A stretch of 63,560 nt of DNA from Candidatus Magasanikiibacteriota bacterium (GCA_041678665.1 JBAYNU010000005.1:1-63560), one strand, 5' to 3'. Positions 1 to 8,897 are shown, numbered from the stretch's first letter. Notes: generated by a model not told the origin, from the letters alone. Translations and numbers: made by a program.

Positions 1-19
1 ATTTTGTGCGTATGCTCAT
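1..19 (-). CDS. 5' end of a CDS running off the left edge (reads MSIRTK...)
   Basis: Reverse complement of 1-19 is ATGAGCATACGCACAAAAT. AGGAGGTG (rc of 25-32) lies 5 nt upstream of that ATG. Only 6 codons are visible. Confidence 0.4.
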
Positions 20-116
20 AAAATCACCTCCTTTCTGAATTGAGAGGTGGTTTTATTATACCAAGAGCTACGCTTTTAAACGCACACACCCGCTAACGCG
101 GGTGGTTTATCTGGTT

Positions 117-156
117 AACAAAACACCCAGCTTACGCTGAGTATTTTGTTTATGTA
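117..156. repeat. 40-bp direct repeat, copy 1 (identical to 2245-2284)
   Basis: aacaaaacacccagcttacgctgagtattttgtttatgta read directly at both positions. It contains an inverted repeat around the loop ttac. Confidence 0.95.
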
Positions 157-278
157 TCACTTTACAACGAAGTTCACACCTATTTTACCTCCACTTTCTG
201 ATTTTGCCCACCTCGCCGACATTTCCTTGAAATCTCACGCCAGCCATGGTAAGATAATCACAGAATTAACCAACGAAT

Positions 279-2144
279 ATGAACGAAAGCAACCCCCAAT
301 TTCTCAAAACCAAATACCAAAATTTACACGCCAGCCCCGAAGTGGAAAAGACGGCTTTGCGCGCCCAAAAGAATACCGGCGAAAAAGTGCCGAACCGGCC
401 CGAAGTTCGCATCCAAAATTATTTGAATTATCTCAAAGAAAGTTTGAATAGCCACAATCCGCGCCACGAAGAAAAACTGAGCCACTTCAAACAAGTACTC
501 TATGATAAATTCGTCATCAAACCGGACGAGATTCCCGAATCATATTTTGACACCCAACGCCGCTTGGCCCGCGAACAGGGGCACGGCAATATTGAGATTA
601 CCGACGAAGTCCGCAAGCAGTCGGCGGAAATAATTATCACCGACCAAAAAAGCAGTTTGGATAATTGGACGGACTATTTATCCTCGTCCGACGCCACCTA
701 TCCCGACTGGCTTAAATATTGGGCGATGAGGAGCGTTCTTAACATGGGCGAATACGACAAGCAAAAAAAGGCCTTTACCAAACGCGACAAGGGCACAGTC
801 AAGCCATTTCCCGACATTGACCGTGAGGCATTGGCATATGTGCTAGACGCGGTCAAAAAGAAATATGCTGGTGAGCACGACCGTATTTATGGTCCTTTGG
901 AAGAAGACGACCAAAAATGGGAAGACCTTTTAATGAGCGGCAATGAAAATTTTGCCAAACTTTACGCTTGGGCCATTGAAAAAGTAACGCCGGCCTCCAA
1001 AGAACAACTGGCCGGCACCGAAGGCAAGTGGGTAAAATATGACCGCGGTTCCGACCATATGCCTTTGGTGCAGTCGCTTCAAGGACACGGCACGGGCTGG
1101 TGTACGGCCGGTGAAAGCACCGCGGAAACCCAACTCCAAGGCGGCGACTTTTATGTTTTTTATTCTCTTGACCCCAAAGGCCAACCCACCGTTCCCCGCG
1201 CCGCCATCCGTATGCAGGAAGACAATATCGCCGAAGTTAGAGGCATCGGCCCAGACCAAAATCTTGACCCCTACATCGGCCAAGTGGTACAGGAAAAGAT
1301 GAAAGAATTTCCGGACGGCAAGTTATATGAAAAGAAAAGCCAAGACATGCAACGGCTAACGGAAATCAGCAGAGCTGTTGACCCCAAAACCCAAACATGG
1401 AAACGAGAATTGACCCAAGACGAATTAAAATTCCTCTACGAAATTGACAAATCCATTCAATGGTTTGGCTACCAAACCGACCCGCGCATTGCCGAACTGC
1501 GCGGCTTACGCGACCCCAAGGCCGACGCGCCCAAAGTGTTCGATTGCGAACTAAACCAAATCGCTTGGGGGCAAAATGAAGTTAACGAAAACACCCAGGC
1601 CTATATCGGCCCATTATTTCCTAATATTTTCCAAAAATTAAAACATTTGGAACATATTTTCACTACCTTCCCCGAAGGAAAAATAATTAGAGACACCGTA
1701 GAAATTGGCGGCATGACGGAAAAAGAGTTGGAAAAAGAGTTGAAAAAACAAAACATCAACATTTCCGACTGCGCCCGCCACCTAATGAAAAGCAAAGATT
1801 TTACCACAGCCAAAAAACCCGAGTCAGCCGACCTCGTTAGATTGAAAGTTCGAGATTTGAAGTTAGATAACCCCACCACGAAAAATATTTACAAAAAAGC
1901 CGAGGAACTTGGTTTGGAACTGTGCCCGGCCGAAGTTGGCCCGCATTATCGGCTTAAATATACCGACCAGCCTCTAAATGAGTGGGTATATGTTGGAATG
2001 AAGCAAATAGCCGACCCGGGTGGCTACCCGTCTGTTTTCGAGCTCGTGCGCGATGACGACGGGTTGTGGTTGGGCCACAGCTGGGCGAGGCCGGCGGACG
2101 GGTGGGGTTCCGACGGTGAGTTTTTCTTTCGTCTCCGCAAGTAA
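279..2144 (+). CDS. Hypothetical 621-aa protein, family not recognised
   Basis: Long uninterrupted ORF on the minority strand. Conserved-looking block GHGTGWCTAGES..GGDFYVFYS..PRAAIRM..IAEVRG. The pattern is only loosely reminiscent of PcfJ-like domains, so no confident assignment. Confidence 0.6.
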   Translation: MNESNPQFLKTKYQNLHASPEVEKTALRAQKNTGEKVPNRPEVRIQNYLNYLKESLNSHNPRHEEKLSHFKQVLYDKFVIKPDEIPESYFDTQRRLAREQGHGNIEITDEVRKQSAEIIITDQKSSLDNWTDYLSSSDATYPDWLKYWAMRSVLNMGEYDKQKKAFTKRDKGTVKPFPDIDREALAYVLDAVKKKYAGEHDRIYGPLEEDDQKWEDLLMSGNENFAKLYAWAIEKVTPASKEQLAGTEGKWVKYDRGSDHMPLVQSLQGHGTGWCTAGESTAETQLQGGDFYVFYSLDPKGQPTVPRAAIRMQEDNIAEVRGIGPDQNLDPYIGQVVQEKMKEFPDGKLYEKKSQDMQRLTEISRAVDPKTQTWKRELTQDELKFLYEIDKSIQWFGYQTDPRIAELRGLRDPKADAPKVFDCELNQIAWGQNEVNENTQAYIGPLFPNIFQKLKHLEHIFTTFPEGKIIRDTVEIGGMTEKELEKELKKQNINISDCARHLMKSKDFTTAKKPESADLVRLKVRDLKLDNPTTKNIYKKAEELGLELCPAEVGPHYRLKYTDQPLNEWVYVGMKQIADPGGYPSVFELVRDDDGLWLGHSWARPADGWGSDGEFFFRLRK

Positions 2145-2237
2145 TTCTTGAACACTTTATCGCTTTTGTCTTTTGTCACTTTGGAATTTGGGTGCTAAGG
2201 CGGGACTAAAATTCGTCCGAATATTTTTTAAAATACT

Positions 2238-2285
2238 CTACATAAACAAAACACCCAGCTTACGCTGAGTATTTTGTTTATGTAG
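2238..2285 (-). terminator. Long hairpin (22-nt arms, loop ttac) directly 3' of tRNA-Glu; contains repeat copy 2 (2245-2284)
   Basis: ctacataaacaaaacacccagc / gctgagtattttgtttatgtag. The two C:A mismatches on the plus strand become G:U pairs in the minus-strand RNA. A short U-rich tract follows on the minus strand. Confidence 0.6.
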
Positions 2286-2354
2286 CCCGTACGGGAATCG
2301 CACCCGTCTTTGCGCCTTGAGAGGGCACTGTCCTAACTGATAGACGAACGGGCC
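2284..2354 (-). tRNA. tRNA-Glu (anticodon CUC)
   Basis: Reverse complement GGCCCGTTCGTCTATCAGTTAGGACAGTGCCCTCTCAAGGCGCAAAGACGGGTGCGATTCCCGTACGGGCT folds by hand into a cloverleaf. Acceptor GGCCCGT/ACGGGCT, U8, D stem GTCT/GGAC, anticodon stem GTGCC/GGCGC with loop CTCTCAA, T stem ACGGG/CCCGT. No encoded CCA. Confidence 0.85.
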
Positions 2355-2403
2355 ATGATATGGCCGATTTTGGATAGACGAACCATATACTAAGGCGAAT
2401 AAG

Positions 2404-2431
2404 ATTATAGCATTTTTTAAGCAAAAGTCAA
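2404..2431 (-). promoter_or_regulatory. Sigma70-like promoter upstream of tRNA-Glu
   Basis: Minus strand reads TTGACT, 16 nt, TATAAT, with TGc immediately before the -10 (extended -10). It lies about 50 nt upstream of the tRNA 5' end. Confidence 0.55.
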
Positions 2432-2445
2432 CATAAAAGCAACCG

Positions 2446-2955
2446 CTACTCCCCCACTACATATACAGATATTCCTTCTTTCTTAATTATCGGCACACGG
2501 GTGGTAATAGAAAAAACGTAAGAAATTATTTTGGCACCGGGTTTAAGTTCGGAAAATAATTTATCTTCCAATTTAATCATATAATTGGGAAATAAAAAAC
2601 AAAATACCACATCCACATCCTTTAAATCGGCATAGTAGAGTGATTTAAATTTGACTGTCACTTCTCTATTTTTCCGAAAAATAAAAATTTTAATTCTCGT
2701 CCACCAAAATAAAAGGGGGTTAATTTCATATCCCACCGCCTGCGCCCCTTTTTGAGCCGCGAGAAACAACAATCGACCGGTACCCGAACCCAAGTCTACT
2801 ACTTTCATCCCGGGTTTGAGATTGGCTAGCTCAATCATTAATCGCGCTTGTTTTTTGTGGGTTGGTAAATAAGGCACCCCGATCAATGAAGAAATTAATA
2901 TTACGATAAACCACAAAATTAACATTCCGGCGATAACTTCCAAAAATATAATCAT
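2446..2955 (-). CDS. Membrane-anchored class I SAM-dependent methyltransferase
   Basis: N-terminal hydrophobic helix, then motif I VVDLGSGTGRLLF and YEINP. Confidence 0.75.
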   Translation of the reverse strand: MIIFLEVIAGMLILWFIVILISSLIGVPYLPTHKKQARLMIELANLKPGMKVVDLGSGTGRLLFLAAQKGAQAVGYEINPLLFWWTRIKIFIFRKNREVTVKFKSLYYADLKDVDVVFCFLFPNYMIKLEDKLFSELKPGAKIISYVFSITTRVPIIKKEGISVYVVGE

Positions 2956-3045
2956 AAAATATCAAATTCAAAATAACAAACTAAAAATAAATTACAAAAT
3001 CCAAATCAAAAATTTTAAATTTAATATTTATTTAAAATTTGTAAT

Positions 3046-4338
3046 TTAGCCCATCCACTCCTGCCCCTGTCGCACCAACAATTCTTCGGCTTTTTCTGGT
3101 TCAGCCATTACTTCTTTAACAATTTTTTCCATTCTTATCCCCTGTGATCCTTTAACTAAAACAATATCATGAGGATCTAATTTTTCTTGCAAAAATCTAC
3201 CGGCACTTACCGAATCAGCGAATGAAGCGACTTGATGTTCTTTAAGACCAGCTTCACGCGCAGACTGTGCTGTCAATTTACTGGCCTGACCTACGGTGAT
3301 AAGAAAATCAACCCCATCCTCGGCCACCGCCAATCCCACCTCGCGATGAGCATTTTCTGTTTCCGGACCAAGTTCAAGCATATCACCCAAAACCGCATAA
3401 CGCTCACCACCATTATCCAACGGCAAATTAGCCAAAGTCTTAAGGGCGGATTTTACCGGTTCCGGACTGGAATTATAAGTATCGTCAATAATTAAAGTTC
3501 CTTTAATGCCGGCAATCAAACACATATGACCAGCCACCGGTTTTAATCTTTTTAATGCTTCAACTCCATCTACCAAATTAACCCCAAATACCAAACCAAT
3601 TGCGATACCAGCCAAAGCTGATGGCACCAAATGTTCCGCGACCACTCCCGGTAGAAAAGCTGGCACAATACTGCCATGATAACTAATCTTAAAATTTATT
3701 CCGCCCAATTCTGGTTTTAGAGAATCCAAAATTAAATTAATGTCACTAGCTAATAAATCCGCGCCATTTTTTAAACCATAAGTAATTACTTCGGCCTTAG
3801 TTTTATCCAAATTTTCCATTACTAACTCATTGTCAAAATTCAAAACCGCAAAACCATCACGCTCCAAATGAGAAATAATAATACGTTTTTCTTGAGCAAT
3901 CTTTTTAATTGTTTTAAAAAACTCGGTATGAGCATGGGAAATAAAAGTTAATACTCCCACTTTACACGGCGCGATTTCGGTAAGATATTTAATATCGCCC
4001 GGTTTATCCGCCCCCATTTCAAGCACTAAAATATCAGGATATGATCGTGACCTCACCACCAGCAGATGTAAAGCGGTGCCAAAAACTTTTAACCAACCAA
4101 AGATGGATTTGCCCGGAGACTTATCAAAACCAATAATAGTAAGGGGAACGCCGATTTCGTTATTATAATTCTTAACATTCCACCGCACGTTAAATCGACA
4201 ACTTAAAACCGCCGCGGCCGATTCCTTGGTGGTGGTTTTTCCTATAGAACCGGTGATACCCACGACGTCAGGACTATATTTATAAATGATACGCTTGGAT
4301 AAAATACGCAAAAAATAAATAAGAATTGATTTTAACAT
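3046..4338 (-). CDS. murF: UDP-N-acetylmuramoyl-tripeptide--D-alanyl-D-alanine ligase
   Basis: Mur ligase P-loop GITGSIGKTTTKE, DDTYNSSPEP, 430 aa, positioned after a PBP gene. Confidence 0.9.
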   Translation of the reverse strand: MLKSILIYFLRILSKRIIYKYSPDVVGITGSIGKTTTKESAAAVLSCRFNVRWNVKNYNNEIGVPLTIIGFDKSPGKSIFGWLKVFGTALHLLVVRSRSYPDILVLEMGADKPGDIKYLTEIAPCKVGVLTFISHAHTEFFKTIKKIAQEKRIIISHLERDGFAVLNFDNELVMENLDKTKAEVITYGLKNGADLLASDINLILDSLKPELGGINFKISYHGSIVPAFLPGVVAEHLVPSALAGIAIGLVFGVNLVDGVEALKRLKPVAGHMCLIAGIKGTLIIDDTYNSSPEPVKSALKTLANLPLDNGGERYAVLGDMLELGPETENAHREVGLAVAEDGVDFLITVGQASKLTAQSAREAGLKEHQVASFADSVSAGRFLQEKLDPHDIVLVKGSQGIRMEKIVKEVMAEPEKAEELLVRQGQEWMG

Positions 4339-4362
4339 AATTTTAATTTACAAATTTATAAT

Positions 4363-6093
4363 TTATCGATCACTTTTTACTCCATAATATTTGAGTGTAA
4401 AATCGGCCATTTTACTAAAAACTGGTCCAGCAGTACTTTCGGCCCACAATTGATCAGGTTCTTCGTATTTTACCACCAATGCAAACTGTGGATCATTAGC
4501 GGGAAAAAATCCCGCCACGGTATGATTAGTTTCGTTGCGATAACCACCCGGCCCGGGAATCTGTGCGGTACCAGTCTTAGCCGCTAAATAATAATCCGAC
4601 AATTTAACTGTGCGCGCGTAAGTCTTTTCTACTACCGAGGTTAGCATGCCGGTTAGTAATTTGGCGGCACGTGGCGAAATAATATTGTCGATAATCTCTG
4701 AAGTGGCCACCTCCTTACGGCCGTTTGCATAACGCACCTCGCTTACAATATATGGCTTAGGCATCTGCCCACCATTAGCCAAAGCTGCGTAAGCAACAGC
4801 TAGCTGAAGTGGTGTAACAGTAATGCCTTGTCCGAAAGAAGCGGTGGCATAACCAACATCTGATTTACGACTGTCTTCTAATTGAGAAATATTTCCTTTG
4901 GCTTCGGTATTCAAACTAATTCCTATCTTTTCCCCAAAACCAAACCGAGACACTCCTTCTCTAAAAAGATCTTTACCAATTTTTTCTTCTACCCAAATCA
5001 TACCAGTATTAACAGAATTTTCTAAAACCTGAGTCATGGTAATTTGTCCATAACACTTATCCAATGCATTATTAATTTCGTAACCATTAATATAACGCTT
5101 ACAAGGATCAGAAAAATTAGTATTCGGATTCACCAAGCCCAAATCCAAAGCGATAGCCATAGTAATCGGTTTAAATACCGAACCCGGTTCATAGGGGGTA
5201 AAAATATTAGTATTATTAAAAACAATTTGATCAGTCACTTTAGAATAATTATTGGGATCAAAATCTGGCAAACTACACATAGAAAGAATCGCTCCAGTTT
5301 TAACATTCATCAATATTAAAGAAGCGGTTTTAGCAGAAAAATCTTTCCAACCAGCGCGTAACAATTCACAAGCTTTCAATTCTAAACTGCGATCAATGGT
5401 TAGCACTAAATTCGCACCGTCTTCGGCATCAATAATAGTTTTCTTACCTAAAGTGATCCACCCACCCTTAGCTCCCAATTCGCCTTCTAAAAATCCACTT
5501 CGTCCAGCTAAAATTTTATCCCAATACCCTTCAATACCATAGCTTCCTTGCAGCCCGCCCTGATCATTAAAACCGGTAAAACCTAATATATTGCCAGCCA
5601 ACTCATTTTCTGGATAAAAACGCAGCTGCTGGCCAACAAAATTTATACCATTAAAGTTCGCTTCACGAATTTTATCTATAATATCTTCGGTCTGTTTTTT
5701 GGCGATCACCGTATAAACACTGTCGCGTTTTGATAATTTATTAAGCAACAACTGTTTATCTTCTTCGGAAAATTTCAAAATATTAGCTAAACCGATGGTG
5801 GTGCTGACAATATCTGTTTCTTTAATTTCTTTGGGAACGGCATAAATTAAAAAATATTCTTTGTTAACAGCCGCCGGATACTCAATATTGGAACGTTCAT
5901 CTTTAAAATAAATACCACCTCGTTTAGCATTTATTTTTTGATAAATTTCGTGAGTATCCAAAGCCAAAGTGGCATAATAATTATATTCCAAAATTTGTAA
6001 AAAAAATAAACGAGCAATTATGACAACTGCCACCAACAAAAAAGTAACGGCCAAAATACTAATTTGGATATTGTTATTATTAACGCGCTCCAT
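4363..6093 (-). CDS. ftsI: Class B penicillin-binding protein (FtsI/PBP2-type transpeptidase)
   Basis: N-terminal TM helix. SxxK (SVFKP), SxN (ENSVNTG) and KTG (KTGTA) motifs. Start moved to MERVNNNN (6093) because the ORF-track start overlaps gpsA by 55 nt. Confidence 0.85.
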   Translation of the reverse strand: MERVNNNNIQISILAVTFLLVAVVIIARLFFLQILEYNYYATLALDTHEIYQKINAKRGGIYFKDERSNIEYPAAVNKEYFLIYAVPKEIKETDIVSTTIGLANILKFSEEDKQLLLNKLSKRDSVYTVIAKKQTEDIIDKIREANFNGINFVGQQLRFYPENELAGNILGFTGFNDQGGLQGSYGIEGYWDKILAGRSGFLEGELGAKGGWITLGKKTIIDAEDGANLVLTIDRSLELKACELLRAGWKDFSAKTASLILMNVKTGAILSMCSLPDFDPNNYSKVTDQIVFNNTNIFTPYEPGSVFKPITMAIALDLGLVNPNTNFSDPCKRYINGYEINNALDKCYGQITMTQVLENSVNTGMIWVEEKIGKDLFREGVSRFGFGEKIGISLNTEAKGNISQLEDSRKSDVGYATASFGQGITVTPLQLAVAYAALANGGQMPKPYIVSEVRYANGRKEVATSEIIDNIISPRAAKLLTGMLTSVVEKTYARTVKLSDYYLAAKTGTAQIPGPGGYRNETNHTVAGFFPANDPQFALVVKYEEPDQLWAESTAGPVFSKMADFTLKYYGVKSDR

Positions 6094-6095
6094 AA

Positions 6096-7103
6096 CTATA
6101 ACTTCTGTAAAAATTCGTAAATAGCCTCTTGACTTTTTCTTTCTTGCCAAACAATTTGATAAATCATTTTAGCAAAAGGCATTTCTACCTGATACTTACG
6201 ACTTAACTTTACTAAAATTTTACTAGCATTAATACCTTCGGCCACTTGTCCAACTTTTTTAATCGCAACGTCTTTTTTCATGCCTAATGCTAAATATTCT
6301 CCCAGACGACGATTGCGACTAGCGCTACATAAACTGGTACCAACTAGATCTCCTAAACCGGCTAAATCATAAACTGTCTCTATTTCTCCTCCCATTTTTT
6401 TAATCAACACGGCGATCTCTTTGAGAGCAATAACCAGTAATGCCGCTTTGGTATTAAGAGGATATTTTAAACCATCACATATCCCCATAGCGATGGCATA
6501 AACATTTTTGAATGATCCAGCTATTTCCACCCCCACCATATCGTTAGTGGCGACTAATTTAAGATTGGGACTTTCTAAGGCAACCCGAACTAACTTGGTG
6601 GCACGCGTGCTAACAGAAGCTATATTCATCGCAGTAAAACCGCCCGTTACCATATCACGAGCAATAGCTGGACCGGAAATACTAGCTATTTCCTGACGTA
6701 AACATTTAGGAAGATTCTTTTCAATAACATCCGATACCAACCCCAATGATTTTTCATCCAAACCTTTAGACGCATCTACACATATCACTCCGCAAGCCAA
6801 AAACTTGGCCGCCTGCTTAATCAACCCTTCCATAAAATTGCTAGGCACGACAAAAAATATCACAGCCGCGGTACGCACCGCTTGTTCCAAATTCGCTTCG
6901 GGATAAATATTTTTTAGTAGTTTTATCCCCGATAAGTATTTTTTATTTTCACCAAATTTTTTTATTTGCTCCAAAGGACTTAAATCTCCGGCGTGATTCC
7001 AAAGTTTCACATTATGACCATTTCTGGCAATCATTAACGCTAACGCAGTGCCCATATTACCAGCACCAAGAACGGCTACTGATAATTTTTTCTTTATTAA
7101 CAT
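6096..7103 (-). CDS. gpsA: NAD(P)H-dependent glycerol-3-phosphate dehydrogenase
   Basis: VLGAGNMGTALA Rossmann motif, 335 aa, overall GpsA-like sequence. Confidence 0.88.
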   Translation of the reverse strand: MLIKKKLSVAVLGAGNMGTALALMIARNGHNVKLWNHAGDLSPLEQIKKFGENKKYLSGIKLLKNIYPEANLEQAVRTAAVIFFVVPSNFMEGLIKQAAKFLACGVICVDASKGLDEKSLGLVSDVIEKNLPKCLRQEIASISGPAIARDMVTGGFTAMNIASVSTRATKLVRVALESPNLKLVATNDMVGVEIAGSFKNVYAIAMGICDGLKYPLNTKAALLVIALKEIAVLIKKMGGEIETVYDLAGLGDLVGTSLCSASRNRRLGEYLALGMKKDVAIKKVGQVAEGINASKILVKLSRKYQVEMPFAKMIYQIVWQERKSQEAIYEFLQKL

Positions 7104-7134
7104 AAATTAAAAATAAATTATAGACTATCCAAAT

Positions 7135-7488
7135 TTAAATATTTAACCCCACTATTAATACCGTGGCCACCACTAGAAATATTTCTAAAATCGCCGTGAT
7201 TAAAGTAAACAGTCTAGACAAAAACTTATCGGTACGATAAAAAAATAATGCTAAAAAATAATTAACTAAAAAAATTAAAATTCCACTTCCTGGTAAGTAA
7301 AGAACTTTCCACCCAGAACCAACTAAATCTACTCCAAAAATAACATTACAATGTAAAAATATCGGATCGCCACCAAAATTAATATGGCTAACCACGAACC
7401 ACCCTATAAAAACTAAAGAAAATACGGTGATTGCCAAAGGAACATTTATCCACCAATCGCGAACAAAAAGTTTGGGAGAATAAAGCAT
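7135..7488 (-). CDS. Small polytopic membrane protein, unknown function
   Basis: 117 aa, 3-4 hydrophobic helices, tight spacing with gpsA. Confidence 0.5.
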   Translation of the reverse strand: MLYSPKLFVRDWWINVPLAITVFSLVFIGWFVVSHINFGGDPIFLHCNVIFGVDLVGSGWKVLYLPGSGILIFLVNYFLALFFYRTDKFLSRLFTLITAILEIFLVVATVLIVGLNI

Positions 7489-7556
7489 ATTTAATTATTA
7501 ATTTTAAGCTTTTAGCTATTAGTAAACATTGGTAATTTTAACAGGTTTTGGCTATC

Positions 7557-7585
7557 TTGACAAATTTTAAGAGGTAGTATATAAT
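7557..7585 (+). promoter_or_regulatory. Consensus sigma70 promoter for rpmA
   Basis: TTGACA (7557-7562), exactly 17 nt, TATAAT (7580-7585). Confidence 0.7.
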
Positions 7586-7595
7586 AATCACACTG

Positions 7596-7640
7596 AAATA
7601 GCATCTTAATTGCTATTTATCCTAAAGGGGTCCCTTTGGG
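7596..7640 (+). promoter_or_regulatory. Two hairpins in the rpmA 5' leader
   Basis: aaatagca/tgctattt (7596-7618) and cctaaaggg/ccctttggg (7621-7640) lie between the promoter and the ATG at 7664. Confidence 0.35.
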
Positions 7641-7663
7641 ATTAACTGTAAATAATTAATAAT

Positions 7664-7939
7664 ATGTCCCATAAAAAAGCAGGTGGTTCTACGCGGCTGG
7701 GTCGTGATTCCGAATCTAAACGCCTTGGAGTCAAAATTCACGATGGTCAAACCATAAAAACCGGCATGATTATCGTCAAACAACGCGGCACCAGAATTCA
7801 CCCCGGTAAAAATGTTGGCAAAGGCACTGATGATACTCTTTTTGCCAAATCGGCCGGTAAAGTGAAATTTCACTCCGCCAAACGCCGTCGTTTCGATGGT
7901 AATTTGAAAATGGCGAAGTTTGTAAGCGTCGTGGTTTAA
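7664..7939 (+). CDS. rpmA: 50S ribosomal protein L27
   Basis: [24 protein letters not shown]...[20 protein letters not shown] is canonical L27. Confidence 0.97.
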   Translation: MSHKKAGGSTRLGRDSESKRLGVKIHDGQTIKTGMIIVKQRGTRIHPGKNVGKGTDDTLFAKSAGKVKFHSAKRRRFDGNLKMAKFVSVVV

Positions 7940-7950
7940 ACAAAATTTAT

Positions 7951-7987
7951 AAAAGCCAGTATAATTTCTTTATACTGGCTTTTTTTG
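7951..7987. terminator. Bidirectional rho-independent terminator between convergent rpmA and the glycan operon
   Basis: aaaa-gccagtata-atttctt-tatactggc-ttttttt. A-run and T-run flank a 9-bp stem. Confidence 0.8.
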
Positions 7988-7994
7988 TTTTAAA

Positions 7995-8897
7995 TTATTT
8001 TACACCCCACGCCGTCTTTAACTCCTCAATACCGTCTTCCAATCTCACCTTCGGACTCCAATTCAATAATTTTTTGGCTAGAGTATTGTCTGCCTCAATA
8101 AATCTCATTTCGCCGGGGCGCTCAGAAACATTTACTGTTTCGGTGCCAACCAAAACGGCCACATCGCTCACGCTCACCTGTTTGCCGGCGCCAATATTAA
8201 TTACCTGACCATCTTTTACGCCGGAATTCCAAGCCAAAATATTAGCTTCTACCACATCATACACCGACACATAATCGCGAGTCTGTTTGCCGTCGCCCAC
8301 CACAGTCAATTTTTCACCGCGTTTCTTTTGACCTAAAAATATTGGAATCACCATTGGATACGAACCGGAATCAAGTTTGCGAGGACCATAGACATTAAAG
8401 TAGCGCAGACAAACTGTTTCCAAACCAAATAGTTTACTAAACAACTGACTATACTGCTCTCCTATCAATTTATGTAAACCATACGGACTAAGCGGTTTGG
8501 GTTGACAATCTTCCTTAATTGGTAATGACTGGTCGCCGTACACCGCGCAAGAAGAGGAAAAAATTACTTTTTTCACTTTATTATCAACCGCTGCTTTTAA
8601 AACATTCATTGTACCGGTAACATTAATTTCGTGAGTAGAAATCGGATCTTCAATGGAAACCGGCAATCGTGGATCGGCGGCCAAATGAAAAACTGCTTCC
8701 ACTCCCTTAAAAATCTTTTTCAATTTTTTATAATTACGAATATCGGCCTTGATAAATCTGGCTTTTTTATTAACAAATTCTTTTTTTCCAAGCATTAAAT
8801 TATCTACTACGATTACTTCGTGACCGAGTGATACTAACTTATCGACAAGATGGGAACCAATAAATCCGGCACCGCCGGTGACGACTAGTTTGGACAT
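7995..8897 (-). CDS. NAD-dependent nucleotide-sugar epimerase/dehydratase (SDR)
   Basis: VTGGAGFIGSHL, catalytic YGLHK, 300 aa. Confidence 0.85.
   Translation of the reverse strand: MSKLVVTGGAGFIGSHLVDKLVSLGHEVIVVDNLMLGKKEFVNKKARFIKADIRNYKKLKKIFKGVEAVFHLAADPRLPVSIEDPISTHEINVTGTMNVLKAAVDNKVKKVIFSSSCAVYGDQSLPIKEDCQPKPLSPYGLHKLIGEQYSQLFSKLFGLETVCLRYFNVYGPRKLDSGSYPMVIPIFLGQKKRGEKLTVVGDGKQTRDYVSVYDVVEANILAWNSGVKDGQVINIGAGKQVSVSDVAVLVGTETVNVSERPGEMRFIEADNTLAKKLLNWSPKVRLEDGIEELKTAWGVK

Noticed and set aside
146-451. 101-aa ORF overlapping the start of the 621-aa gene
   Set aside because: It starts inside the 40-bp repeat, overlaps the much longer ORF in another frame, and has a low-complexity basic composition. 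It is most likely a shadow ORF.
117-2284. Integron gene cassette or classical transposon interpretation of the repeat-flanked ORF
   Set aside because: There is no IntI gene, the repeat lacks attC-type RYYYAAC/GTTRRRY core sites, and there are no terminal inverted repeats or transposase. I kept it only as a generic insertion or duplication hypothesis.
2956-3045. AT-rich spacers with recurring aaattacaaa / caaatcaaa words (also 4339-4362, 60800-60860, 61500-61560)
   Set aside because: This is low-complexity A/T sequence with only short, loosely similar words. I could not define a discrete repeat unit or structure, so it is probably ordinary promoter or spacer DNA.
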